A program made the position numbers and the translations under genes. DNA of 64,000 nt from Bacteroidia bacterium (GTDB taxonomy: Bacteria; Bacteroidota; Bacteroidia; Bacteroidales; VadinHA17): assembly GCA_026391215.1 (NCBI GenBank), contig JAPLDX010000058.1:2887-66886 (forward strand), written 5' to 3'. Below the pieces are notes generated by a model. That model was given only the letters and a program-made list of their open reading frames with translations. It made no database searches and was not told where the DNA came from. This document shows, piece by piece, positions 56,297 through 64,000 of this stretch. The stretch's first letter is position 1. Each line of letters starts with the position of its first letter.

Positions 56297-57175
56297 ATGC
56301 TGAGGAAAATTGCTATTTTCAGTAAGGATAATAATCCAAAAACGAGAGATGGAGTACAAAATCTTATCAATGAGTGCTGCAGAAGGGGCATTATAGTACA
56401 ACTCTCTCACAAGTCCGGAGGAGTTTCTGTAAAATATAAGGGAGATATAGCTGAACAGTTCAGCAACCTGTCGGATTTGAAAGATCTGCCTGATATGGTA
56501 CTGAGTGTGGGAGGAGATGGCACATTCCTTGAAACGGTTCTGAAAGTAAAGGACCTGGGAATACCGGTTGCCGGGGTCAATACCGGCAGGATGGGATTCC
56601 TGGCGAACATCCCCGGGGAAGAGATAAGCAATTCAATAGATCTTCTATGCAAGAATGAATTTGAAATAGTTGAAAGATCTCTTCTTCAGATAACCGGCCC
56701 TTCCGGACTATTCGAAGGAGAGCCTTCAATAGCGCTGAATGAGATTACGATTCAGAAATCAAGCGTCAGCATGATAACAATAAATGTCTATGTTGATGAG
56801 GTTTATCTCAATACTTACTGGGCTGACGGATTGATAATTTCAACAGCTACAGGTTCGACTGCATATAACCTCAGTGTGGGCGGTCCGATCCTGTCACCTG
56901 ATGATGAGAGCATGATTATTTCTCCTATTTCACCGCATAATCTTACTATAAGGCCAATTGTCCTGTCTGGCAACAGTAAATTAAAAATGGTTATGGAAGC
57001 CAGGGCTGATGAATACCTGGTAACATGCGATTTCAGGTATAAGAAACTACCCCTCAGCAAAGAGATCCTTATTGAAAAAGCCGGATCAAAGCTGAAAACA
57101 GTTATGCTCAAAGACAGGGATTTTTACAGTACGCTGAGAAACAGGCTCATGTGGGGAGTTGATAAGCGAAACTGA
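56297..57175 (+). CDS. nadK: NAD kinase
   Basis: ...VLSVGGDGTFL... and ...ADGLIISTATGSTAYNLSVGGPI... are NAD kinase motifs. Confidence 0.95.
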   Translation: MLRKIAIFSKDNNPKTRDGVQNLINECCRRGIIVQLSHKSGGVSVKYKGDIAEQFSNLSDLKDLPDMVLSVGGDGTFLETVLKVKDLGIPVAGVNTGRMGFLANIPGEEISNSIDLLCKNEFEIVERSLLQITGPSGLFEGEPSIALNEITIQKSSVSMITINVYVDEVYLNTYWADGLIISTATGSTAYNLSVGGPILSPDDESMIISPISPHNLTIRPIVLSGNSKLKMVMEARADEYLVTCDFRYKKLPLSKEILIEKAGSKLKTVMLKDRDFYSTLRNRLMWGVDKRN

Positions 57176-57283
57176 TTAATCTTATATCAGCCTCTAAGAT
57201 TGTATAATATGCACATTCATATTCATATGCCGGATTTTTATAATTAATTTTGAGTGGATTAGATACCCTAAAAATTAGATTAT

Positions 57284-57291
57284 TATATTTG
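57284..57291 (+). promoter_or_regulatory. Candidate -7 box (TATATTTG)
   Basis: Exact TAnnTTTG match 27 nt upstream of ATG 57318. Confidence 0.5.
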
Positions 57292-57317
57292 TATCAGCAT
57301 CAAAAATATTTTATGTT

Positions 57318-58064
57318 ATGAAAAGGTGTGTTTTGATCATATTGATATTATGCTTTGCAGTTCCCTTTTCACATGCACAGCTGTGGAAAATGAGAAGATG
57401 GGAAGCGACCGGAGGTGCCGGCCCTTCATTTTTCTTTGGAGATATAGGAGGATTCTCACAATCCAAGAATATACTGGGGCTCCGTGACCTGACATACCTT
57501 CAGACCAGGTTCGATGTCAACGGAAACCTGAAATTCAGGATTACTAGGGATATAAATATAAGACTTTGCCTGACCTACGCTCTTCTTCGTGCAAATGATG
57601 AACGGGGTTCCAATGAAAGCAGGGGTTATGATGCCACAACATCTATTTTAGAACCGGCAGTGATAGGTGAATATTATTTTATCAAGAACAAGGCCGAAAA
57701 CAGTTACCTGTTTATAAAAGGCAAGCAACGTTTCATTTTTGAACTTCTGCAATCGCTTGACTTTTATGCCTTTGCAGGCTTCGGAGGTGTTTCTTATTCC
57801 GTGAAGGGGAATGATGCGCTGATAACCCATGGTATGGAAACAGGCGGATTTTCAATGGTAATTCCGGCCGGGTTAGGCGCAACACTGATTTATTCACCAA
57901 ACCTGAACTTCGGCGTTGAGGTTGGAGGCAGATATGCTTTTACAGATTATCTTGACGGCTATACTTCACAATATTCCAAGGCAAATGACGTTTATTATTT
58001 TTTGAATTTCACTGTCACCTACAAGCTGAAGACAGGGCCTAGAGGATTGCCCTCATTCAGATGA
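57318..58064 (+). CDS. Outer-membrane beta-barrel protein (DUF6089-like)
   Basis: Signal peptide and alternating aromatic/Gly strands. It is a paralog of the next gene and lies in the conserved position upstream of uppS-bamA. Confidence 0.7.
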   Translation: MKRCVLIILILCFAVPFSHAQLWKMRRWEATGGAGPSFFFGDIGGFSQSKNILGLRDLTYLQTRFDVNGNLKFRITRDINIRLCLTYALLRANDERGSNESRGYDATTSILEPAVIGEYYFIKNKAENSYLFIKGKQRFIFELLQSLDFYAFAGFGGVSYSVKGNDALITHGMETGGFSMVIPAGLGATLIYSPNLNFGVEVGGRYAFTDYLDGYTSQYSKANDVYYFLNFTVTYKLKTGPRGLPSFR

Positions 58065-58085
58065 TAATGAGCCGGACAATTTTTG

Positions 58086-58763
58086 ATGAAACGAGCACCT
58101 TGGATCTTCTTATTTTTCTGCTTTTCGATTACTGCCGCAGGACAGCGTAATTCTGACTATGGCATATTCGTCGGCGTCTCTTCTTACCTTGGAGATATTA
58201 ATCCAAGCAGGCTCATGTATTCACCACTTCCTGCCGGAGGCGCTTTCTACAGATATAACTTTCATCCCAGGCATGCAATCAGGGGCAATATTTTTTTCGG
58301 GGGGCTTAAGGGTGATGACCTGGATTTCAAAAACAGCTTCCAGGTGAACAGGGCTGCATCATTCTCCGGCATGGTAGGAGAACTGGCCATCCAGTTTGAA
58401 TTCAATTTTCTTCCTTATACTACAGAGGGCAAATTCTGGGATTTCTCGCCATATCTGGCTGCCGGAGCAGCTGTTACATACATAAATTCGACATCCCAGA
58501 CTTTACAGCCGGCAATACCATTTTCGTTAGGTTTTAAAGTTAATGTTTATAAAAATATGGGGCTTGAGGTTGAATATGGTTTTCGTAAAACATTTTATGA
58601 TAACTTTGACGGCCTGAATGATATGGTCGCCCCGTCAGATTTTGCATGGCTGCATAATAATGACTGGTACTCATTCACAGGCATTGCTCTTACCTGGAAA
58701 ATTTTTAATACTCTGGCCGGTTGTCCGACTTACAATGATGTGGATGGGAAGAGAAGACGATAA
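58086..58763 (+). CDS. Outer-membrane beta-barrel protein (DUF6089-like)
   Basis: Signal peptide (MKRAPWIFLFFCFSITAAGQ). It shares ...GDI...LR.......GG...DD... blocks with the preceding gene. The first ATG is at 58086. Confidence 0.7.
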   Translation: MKRAPWIFLFFCFSITAAGQRNSDYGIFVGVSSYLGDINPSRLMYSPLPAGGAFYRYNFHPRHAIRGNIFFGGLKGDDLDFKNSFQVNRAASFSGMVGELAIQFEFNFLPYTTEGKFWDFSPYLAAGAAVTYINSTSQTLQPAIPFSLGFKVNVYKNMGLEVEYGFRKTFYDNFDGLNDMVAPSDFAWLHNNDWYSFTGIALTWKIFNTLAGCPTYNDVDGKRRR

Positions 58764-58767
58764 AATT

Positions 58768-59514
58768 ATGGCTTTAAGGCAAAAGATAGGTAATAATAAG
58801 CTGCCTGTACATATTGCAATTATTATGGACGGGAATGGAAGGTGGGCTTCCCAGCATGGAATGGATAGGATCTTCGGGCATCAGAAGGGTGTTGAATCCG
58901 TCAGGAATGTCATTGAGGCCGCTGCTGAAATTGGTATTAAATACCTTACACTCTATGCTTTTTCTACTGAAAACTGGGGAAGGCCTGATGAAGAGATATC
59001 AGCTTTGATGAGTATAATGATTCAATCACTTAATGATGAGACTGCCACAATGGTGAAGAATAATGTCAGGATGACTGCCATCGGCGATTTCAGCAGGCTT
59101 GCAGAAGATGTCAGGGGAAGATTGTATGAAACTATTAATCAGACTTCAGGTTCAACAGGCTTAAATCTGATAGTGGCGCTCAGTTACAGCTCCAGGTGGG
59201 AAATAACAGAAGCTGTAAGGAAAATTGCCCGTGAAGTTTATGCCGGGAAACTGAATCCGGAGGCTATAGATGATGCAGTATTTGAAAAGTACCTCTGCAC
59301 CGAAGGAATTCCTGATCCCGATCTGTTAATCAGGACCAGCGGCGAATTACGGATTAGCAATTTTCTTTTATGGCAGATGGCTTACTCTGAATTGTACTTT
59401 ACAAATAAACTTTGGCCTGATTTTGGTAAGGAAGATTTCTATGATGCTATAATAGACTTCCAGAAAAGAGAACGAAGATTTGGAAAAACGAGCGAACAGG
59501 CTCTGGAAAAATAA
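58768..59514 (+). CDS. uppS: Isoprenyl transferase (undecaprenyl-diphosphate synthase)
   Basis: ...HIAIIMDGNGRWA...LTLYAFSTENW.RP..E...RTSGE.R.SNFLLWQ.AYSELYF... ATG 58768 was chosen; the track start overlaps the upstream gene. Confidence 0.95.
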   Translation: MALRQKIGNNKLPVHIAIIMDGNGRWASQHGMDRIFGHQKGVESVRNVIEAAAEIGIKYLTLYAFSTENWGRPDEEISALMSIMIQSLNDETATMVKNNVRMTAIGDFSRLAEDVRGRLYETINQTSGSTGLNLIVALSYSSRWEITEAVRKIAREVYAGKLNPEAIDDAVFEKYLCTEGIPDPDLLIRTSGELRISNFLLWQMAYSELYFTNKLWPDFGKEDFYDAIIDFQKRERRFGKTSEQALEK

Positions 59515-59518
59515 TGAA

Positions 59519-62053
59519 ATGATGTTGTTCAGAAAATTAAAACGGAATGTTGTAGCAGCTCTTCTGATTCTGATGAGCACTTCAATGTATGCTCAGGAAA
59601 AACAGGAGATATTTGATTATATGACACAGGATGATTATATAGTTGGAGGTGTTTCTGTTTCAGGGATAAGGTACCTGGATATCAATGCTCTCATTGGGAT
59701 ATCAGGTTTAAGGGTAGGACAGGAGATTACCGTCCCGGGTGATATTGTATCAAATGCAGCAAAGAAATTATGGCAGCAGGGATTGTTTTCAGATGTAAGG
59801 ATAACAATTGACAGGATACAATCCGATACTGTTTTCCTGGATATTTATCTGCAGGAACGACCCAGAATATCTTCCATAAAGTTCAACGGAATAAGAACAT
59901 CTGAAACACAGGATATTGTCGACAAGATAAACCTCCCTGTCGGATCACAGCTTACGTCTTATATTCTTACAACTACGTCAAAAATAATCAGGGATCATTA
60001 TATTGAAAAAGGTTTCCTGAATACTACTGTGGAATTTGTCCGGAAAGATGATCCCGATCTGCCGAATAACGTGATACTTAATATCAATGTTGATAAAAAG
60101 GAAAGAGTAAAAATCGAAGAATTCAGCTTTGCGGGCAATGAAAATTTCGACGCCAAAAAGCTCCGCCGGCAGATGAAAGGTACTAAGCAAAGGAACCTTA
60201 ACTTCTTCAAAGCTTCAAAATATATCGGTGAGAAATATGAAGAGGACAAGGAGAAGCTGAAGACATTCTATAATGACAATGGATTCAAGGATTTCACCAT
60301 CCTTTCTGATTCACTTTACAATATTTCTGAAGATCGTGTGGGTCTGCTTATAAAGGTTGATGAAGGGGATCAGTATTTCCTGAGGAACGTAGACTGGGTT
60401 GGCAACAGTGTTTACAGGAAAGAGGATCTTGACAAGAAATTCAACGTCGCAAAGGGATCAGTTTATAATCAGTCTCTTATATATGACAGGCTTACTGGTG
60501 CAAGCGGAGCAGAGGATGCAGTAAACAATCTTTACCTCGATTTTGGTTACCTTTTCTCACAGGTAGTGCCTGTTGAAGCTAAGGTTGAGGGGGATTCAGT
60601 TGATCTGGAAATAAGAATATATGAAGGGGATCAGGCATATATCAACGATGTAATGATAACGGGGAACACACGCACCAATGAACATATTGCAAGGCGTGAA
60701 CTCTATACCCTCCCGGGAGATCTCTTCAGCAAGGAACTGATTATCAGGTCTATACGTCAGTTGGGTGTTCTTGGCCATTTCGACCCTGAAAAAATCAATC
60801 CTACTCCGCTTCCTGATCCTGTGAACGGGACAGTTGATCTTTTATACAAACTAGAAGAGAAAGCGAACGATCAGTTTGAAGTTTCAGGAGGCTGGGGAGC
60901 AGGTATGCTCGTGGGAACTGTAGGAGTTCGATTCAGCAATTTTGCAATGCGCAATTTCTTCAAGCTGAATGAATGGAAGCCTTATCCTTCGGGCGATGGC
61001 CAATCCCTGAGCATCAGGGCTCAGTCGAACGGACATTTTTATCAATCATATAATGTATCTTTTGTCGAGCCATGGCTTGGCGGCAGTAAACCCAATACTT
61101 TCTCTGTTTCACTATACAGATCAAAGCTATCCGGCAGCCAGAAAAAGGGTGAAGATGGATATCAGGCAATGATAATTGACGGAGCTTCCATTGGTCTGGG
61201 TAAAAGGCTTGAATGGCCCGATGACTTTTTCTCAATTTACGGAGAATTAAGTTACCAGAGGTATAATATGAATAACTTCTCTCAATATGATTTTCTTTTT
61301 CAGAATGGCAAGTCAAATCTCATGAGCCTGACAGGACGACTGCAACGATTCTCCACGAGCCCGAACCTTATTTACCCGAGAAGCGGATCATCTTTTACAT
61401 TGTCGCTCCAGGTAACTCCGCCTTATTCGCTTATAAGCGGGAAAGATATGACTGGTGTCTCTGATACGGTAAAATACAAATGGATCGAGTTCCATAAATG
61501 GCTGTTTAGAGCAGATTATTATTTCCCTCTGGACAAAGATGATAAGCTTGTATTAAATACACGTTTTTCATTCGGTTACCTCGGACATTATAACAATGAT
61601 ATAGGACCTTCTCCTTTTGAGAGCTTTACTGTAGGTGGTGATGGTATGAACAATTATCAGTTGTATGGCCGTGAGGTTATTTCTCTCAGGGGTTATTCTT
61701 CAGGCAACGGAGGAGTCGGATCGCTTACACCTATTGATCATGTAACCGGGTCCCCGGCAGGTAACGTTTATTCAAAAATAACTATGGAACTCAGATACCC
61801 TATATCTTTAAATCCACAGGCAACTATTTATGCCCTTGCTTTTCTGGAAGCAGGAAGAGCATGGACCACCCTGAAGGAATATAATCCTTTTAAAATGTGC
61901 CGGGCAGCAGGCTTCGGCCTCAGAGCCAATCTCCCCATGTTCGGACTGCTTGGAATAGACTGGGGATATGGATTTGATCAGGTACCTGATCCAACTAGTT
62001 TCCCAAATGCTAATAAATCACAATTCCATTTTGTAATAGGTCAACAATTTTAA
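59519..62053 (+). CDS. bamA: Outer membrane protein assembly factor BamA
   Basis: Signal peptide, five POTRA-like repeats, and a C-terminal Omp85 barrel ending ...FHFVIGQQF. The start is set after the uppS stop. Confidence 0.93.
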   Translation: MMLFRKLKRNVVAALLILMSTSMYAQEKQEIFDYMTQDDYIVGGVSVSGIRYLDINALIGISGLRVGQEITVPGDIVSNAAKKLWQQGLFSDVRITIDRIQSDTVFLDIYLQERPRISSIKFNGIRTSETQDIVDKINLPVGSQLTSYILTTTSKIIRDHYIEKGFLNTTVEFVRKDDPDLPNNVILNINVDKKERVKIEEFSFAGNENFDAKKLRRQMKGTKQRNLNFFKASKYIGEKYEEDKEKLKTFYNDNGFKDFTILSDSLYNISEDRVGLLIKVDEGDQYFLRNVDWVGNSVYRKEDLDKKFNVAKGSVYNQSLIYDRLTGASGAEDAVNNLYLDFGYLFSQVVPVEAKVEGDSVDLEIRIYEGDQAYINDVMITGNTRTNEHIARRELYTLPGDLFSKELIIRSIRQLGVLGHFDPEKINPTPLPDPVNGTVDLLYKLEEKANDQFEVSGGWGAGMLVGTVGVRFSNFAMRNFFKLNEWKPYPSGDGQSLSIRAQSNGHFYQSYNVSFVEPWLGGSKPNTFSVSLYRSKLSGSQKKGEDGYQAMIIDGASIGLGKRLEWPDDFFSIYGELSYQRYNMNNFSQYDFLFQNGKSNLMSLTGRLQRFSTSPNLIYPRSGSSFTLSLQVTPPYSLISGKDMTGVSDTVKYKWIEFHKWLFRADYYFPLDKDDKLVLNTRFSFGYLGHYNNDIGPSPFESFTVGGDGMNNYQLYGREVISLRGYSSGNGGVGSLTPIDHVTGSPAGNVYSKITMELRYPISLNPQATIYALAFLEAGRAWTTLKEYNPFKMCRAAGFGLRANLPMFGLLGIDWGYGFDQVPDPTSFPNANKSQFHFVIGQQF

Positions 62054-62075
62054 AAATGTGCGTAATAATTAAAGT

Positions 62076-62591
62076 ATGAAAAGAATAGCAGTTTTAACAG
62101 TGATAATGATTCTGACGTCAGCCATGGCTGTAGCTCAGAAATATGCTTTTGTTGATTCTGATTATATCAGAAAGAACATTCCGGCATTTACGACAGCGCA
62201 GGAGCAGCTTGACAAACTCTCAGAGCAATGGGAGAAAGAAGTTGCCGATGGTTATGCTGTTGTTGAACAGATGTATAAGTCATATCAGAATGAGGCAGTG
62301 CTTCTTTCCCAGGATATGAAAACTAAAAGGGAAGAAGCCATCATTGCCAAGGAAAAGGAAATGAAAGAGCTTCAGAATAAATATTTCGGTATGGAAGGTG
62401 ATCTGTTCAAAAAAAGAGAAGAGCTTGTGAAACCCATACAGGATGAAATATTGAAGGCAATAAAGGACATTGCTGTCGAAGGCAGCTATGCGGTAATTTT
62501 CGATACTGCTGCCGGAGGAAATATCCTGTTCGCTAATCCCAAGTTTGACATCAGCGATCAGGTCCTTGAAAAATTAGGTTATAACAATTAA
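62076..62591 (+). CDS. OmpH/Skp-family periplasmic chaperone
   Basis: Signal peptide and a long coiled coil. It lies directly after bamA. Confidence 0.88.
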   Translation: MKRIAVLTVIMILTSAMAVAQKYAFVDSDYIRKNIPAFTTAQEQLDKLSEQWEKEVADGYAVVEQMYKSYQNEAVLLSQDMKTKREEAIIAKEKEMKELQNKYFGMEGDLFKKREELVKPIQDEILKAIKDIAVEGSYAVIFDTAAGGNILFANPKFDISDQVLEKLGYNN

Positions 62592-62596
62592 ATAGT

Positions 62597-62604
62597 TACT
62601 TTTG
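62597..62604 (+). promoter_or_regulatory. Candidate -7 box (TACTTTTG)
   Basis: Exact TAnnTTTG match 33 nt upstream of ATG 62637. Confidence 0.45.
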
Positions 62605-62636
62605 CATAAAATAAATAATAAATAAAATTATCTGTA

Positions 62637-63149
62637 ATGAAAAGATTTATAGGAATTGCAGCCCTTGCTATCCTTATTACAACTGCCGGTTATTCACAAA
62701 ACCTGAAATTCGGACATATAAACAGCGACGAACTTATCCAGGCTATGCCTGAATTTGATTCTGCTAATGTAAAACTTGAAAATTTACGTCAGGAACTCGT
62801 TAATGCACTCGAACTTATGACGGTTGAGCTTAATAATAAAAGTGATGCATATAATAAGGAAAGCAAAAACCTTACCGAAATTGTAAGGCAAACCAAGGAA
62901 CAGGAACTTATTGACCTGAACAAAAGAATTCAGGATTTCCAGACAAGTGCCCAGGAACAGCTTCAGAATAAGCAGGTTGAACTGTTCCAGCCCATCTATA
63001 CCAAGGTTGATAAAGCCATCAAGGATGTTGGCAAGGAGAATGGATTCATATACGTGTTCGACGTAGCTAAAGGCTCACTTCTCTATTTTGATGAAGCAAA
63101 AAGCGTAAATATAACGGCTTTGACTAAGACAAAACTTGGACTAAAATAG
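62637..63149 (+). CDS. OmpH/Skp-family periplasmic chaperone (second copy)
   Basis: Signal peptide, ...KFGHINSDELIQAMPE..., and a coiled coil. Confidence 0.88.
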   Translation: MKRFIGIAALAILITTAGYSQNLKFGHINSDELIQAMPEFDSANVKLENLRQELVNALELMTVELNNKSDAYNKESKNLTEIVRQTKEQELIDLNKRIQDFQTSAQEQLQNKQVELFQPIYTKVDKAIKDVGKENGFIYVFDVAKGSLLYFDEAKSVNITALTKTKLGLK

Positions 63150-63167
63150 TCGGAAGAAATTACACCA

Positions 63168-63200
63168 ATGACCATCCTGTACGGGATGGTCATTTTTTTA
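63168..63200 (+). terminator. Rho-independent terminator
   Basis: ATGACCATCC-(6 nt)-GGGATGGTCAT followed by TTTTTTT. Confidence 0.85.
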
Positions 63201-63212
63201 TAATTTAATAAA

Positions 63213-64000
63213 GTGAAAAGACAGCCTATCGGGATTTTTGATTCCGGCGTCGGAGGCCTTACTGTTGCACATGCTATAAAGCAGATTCTGCCGGGTGAGA
63301 GCCTGATTTATTTTGGTGATACCGCCCACCTTCCATACGGAGACAAATCAGCAGAAGCTATTAAATATTACTCGCACAAAATAACCGAATTCCTTCTTGA
63401 ACATGATTCAAAGGTTATTCTTATTGCATGTAATTCCGCATCAGCATCAGCTTTTGATTCCTTAAAGAAAGAGTTTAACGATAAGACTATAATCATTGAT
63501 GTTATCGATCCTGTAGTAGAATATATTGGCACCAGGGACTTTAAAAAAATTGGTGTCATTGGTACAAAGAGGACAATAAGCTCAGGAACTTATGAATCAA
63601 AGCTTAAGGAAATATCTCCTTCAACAGCTGTGGTATCTCTTGCAACCCCGCTCCTGGTACCCATGATAGAGGAGGGTTTTATCTTCGATGATATCAGCAA
63701 TGCAATTATCCGTGCATATTTGTCGGATCAGTCCTTGTCAGGCATTCAGGCTTTAATACTTGGATGCACGCATTATCCGATAATTAAAAATCAGATAAGC
63801 AAGATCTTTAATTTTAATGTGGAAGTAGTCGATTCGGCAAAAATAGTAGCTGGAATATTGAGAGATGTACTCGAGAAGAAAGATCTGCTCAATGACTCGG
63901 GTAAGGTAACAGACATGTTTTTTGTTTCCGACTATACCACCTATTTTGAAAAGATAGCAAAGATGTTCTTCGAAGGTGATATAAACCTGAAAAAAGCTGA
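63213..64000 (+). CDS. murI: Glutamate racemase, N-terminal part (3' end outside window)
   Basis: Hand translation from GTG 63213 gives VKRQPIGIFDSGVGGLTVAHAI...ACNSASA...GCTHYP.... The frame is open to the window end. Confidence 0.9.
   Translation, partial: MKRQPIGIFDSGVGGLTVAHAIKQILPGESLIYFGDTAHLPYGDKSAEAIKYYSHKITEFLLEHDSKVILIACNSASASAFDSLKKEFNDKTIIIDVIDPVVEYIGTRDFKKIGVIGTKRTISSGTYESKLKEISPSTAVVSLATPLLVPMIEEGFIFDDISNAIIRAYLSDQSLSGIQALILGCTHYPIIKNQISKIFNFNVEVVDSAKIVAGILRDVLEKKDLLNDSGKVTDMFFVSDYTTYFEKIAKMFFEGDINLKKA

Noticed and set aside
58618-58767. 50-codon N-terminal extension of uppS.
   Set aside because: It overlaps the end of the upstream beta-barrel gene in another frame. The conserved UppS N-terminus starts at ATG 58768.

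Overview
Chromosomal core region of a Bacteroidota-type genome. The lineage call rests on T9SS C-terminal sorting domains, gldD/gldE, many exact TAnnTTTG -7 promoter boxes and almost no Shine-Dalgarno sequences.

Layout:
- 1-10.7 kb: distal part of the ribosomal protein supercluster (rpsC fragment through rplQ) with secY, map, infA and rpoA. rpmD and rpmJ are too short for the ORF track and were added by hand.
- 10.8-12.1 kb: eno.
- 12.1-12.9 kb: an unusual non-coding interval described below.
- 12.9-41.6 kb: housekeeping and envelope genes. These include a UbiD-family decarboxylase, a SpoIIE/PP2C phosphatase, a hybrid sensor kinase, ppk2, hisS, ychF, an M14 peptidase with T9SS tail, an AlkP-family enzyme, a GGGP-synthase homolog, a PPTase, gldD/gldE, ssb, HU, a bS22-like micro-ORF, RNase G, dsbD, an ECF sigma/anti-sigma operon with DUF4097/DUF2807/beta-barrel genes, lnt and an EamA transporter.
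- 42.2-43.4 kb: a small IS200-like Y1 transposase (RAYT-like) island with REP-like repeats.
- 43.4-64 kb: more core genes (M19 dipeptidase, VOC, SDR, acyltransferase, hslR, pth, rplY, prs, engB, manA, udk, pdxJ, nadK, uppS, bamA, two skp, a murI fragment).

No rRNA, tRNA, CRISPR array, prophage or recognisable defence island was seen.

The most interesting signal is a roughly 490-nt, G+C-enriched, ORF-less and densely hairpinned interval at 12331-12820 on the + strand. It has its own -7 box and its own hairpin plus U-tract. Its 3' module resembles group II intron domain 5/6 with a class-C-like CGC triad. I could not assign it to RNase P, tmRNA or any riboswitch I know.

Secondary signals:
- a GC-rich nested inverted-repeat element right after eno
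- a 39-bp-arm hairpin built from 9-nt repeats after ppk2
- the RAYT/REP island, bracketed by about 65-bp direct repeats
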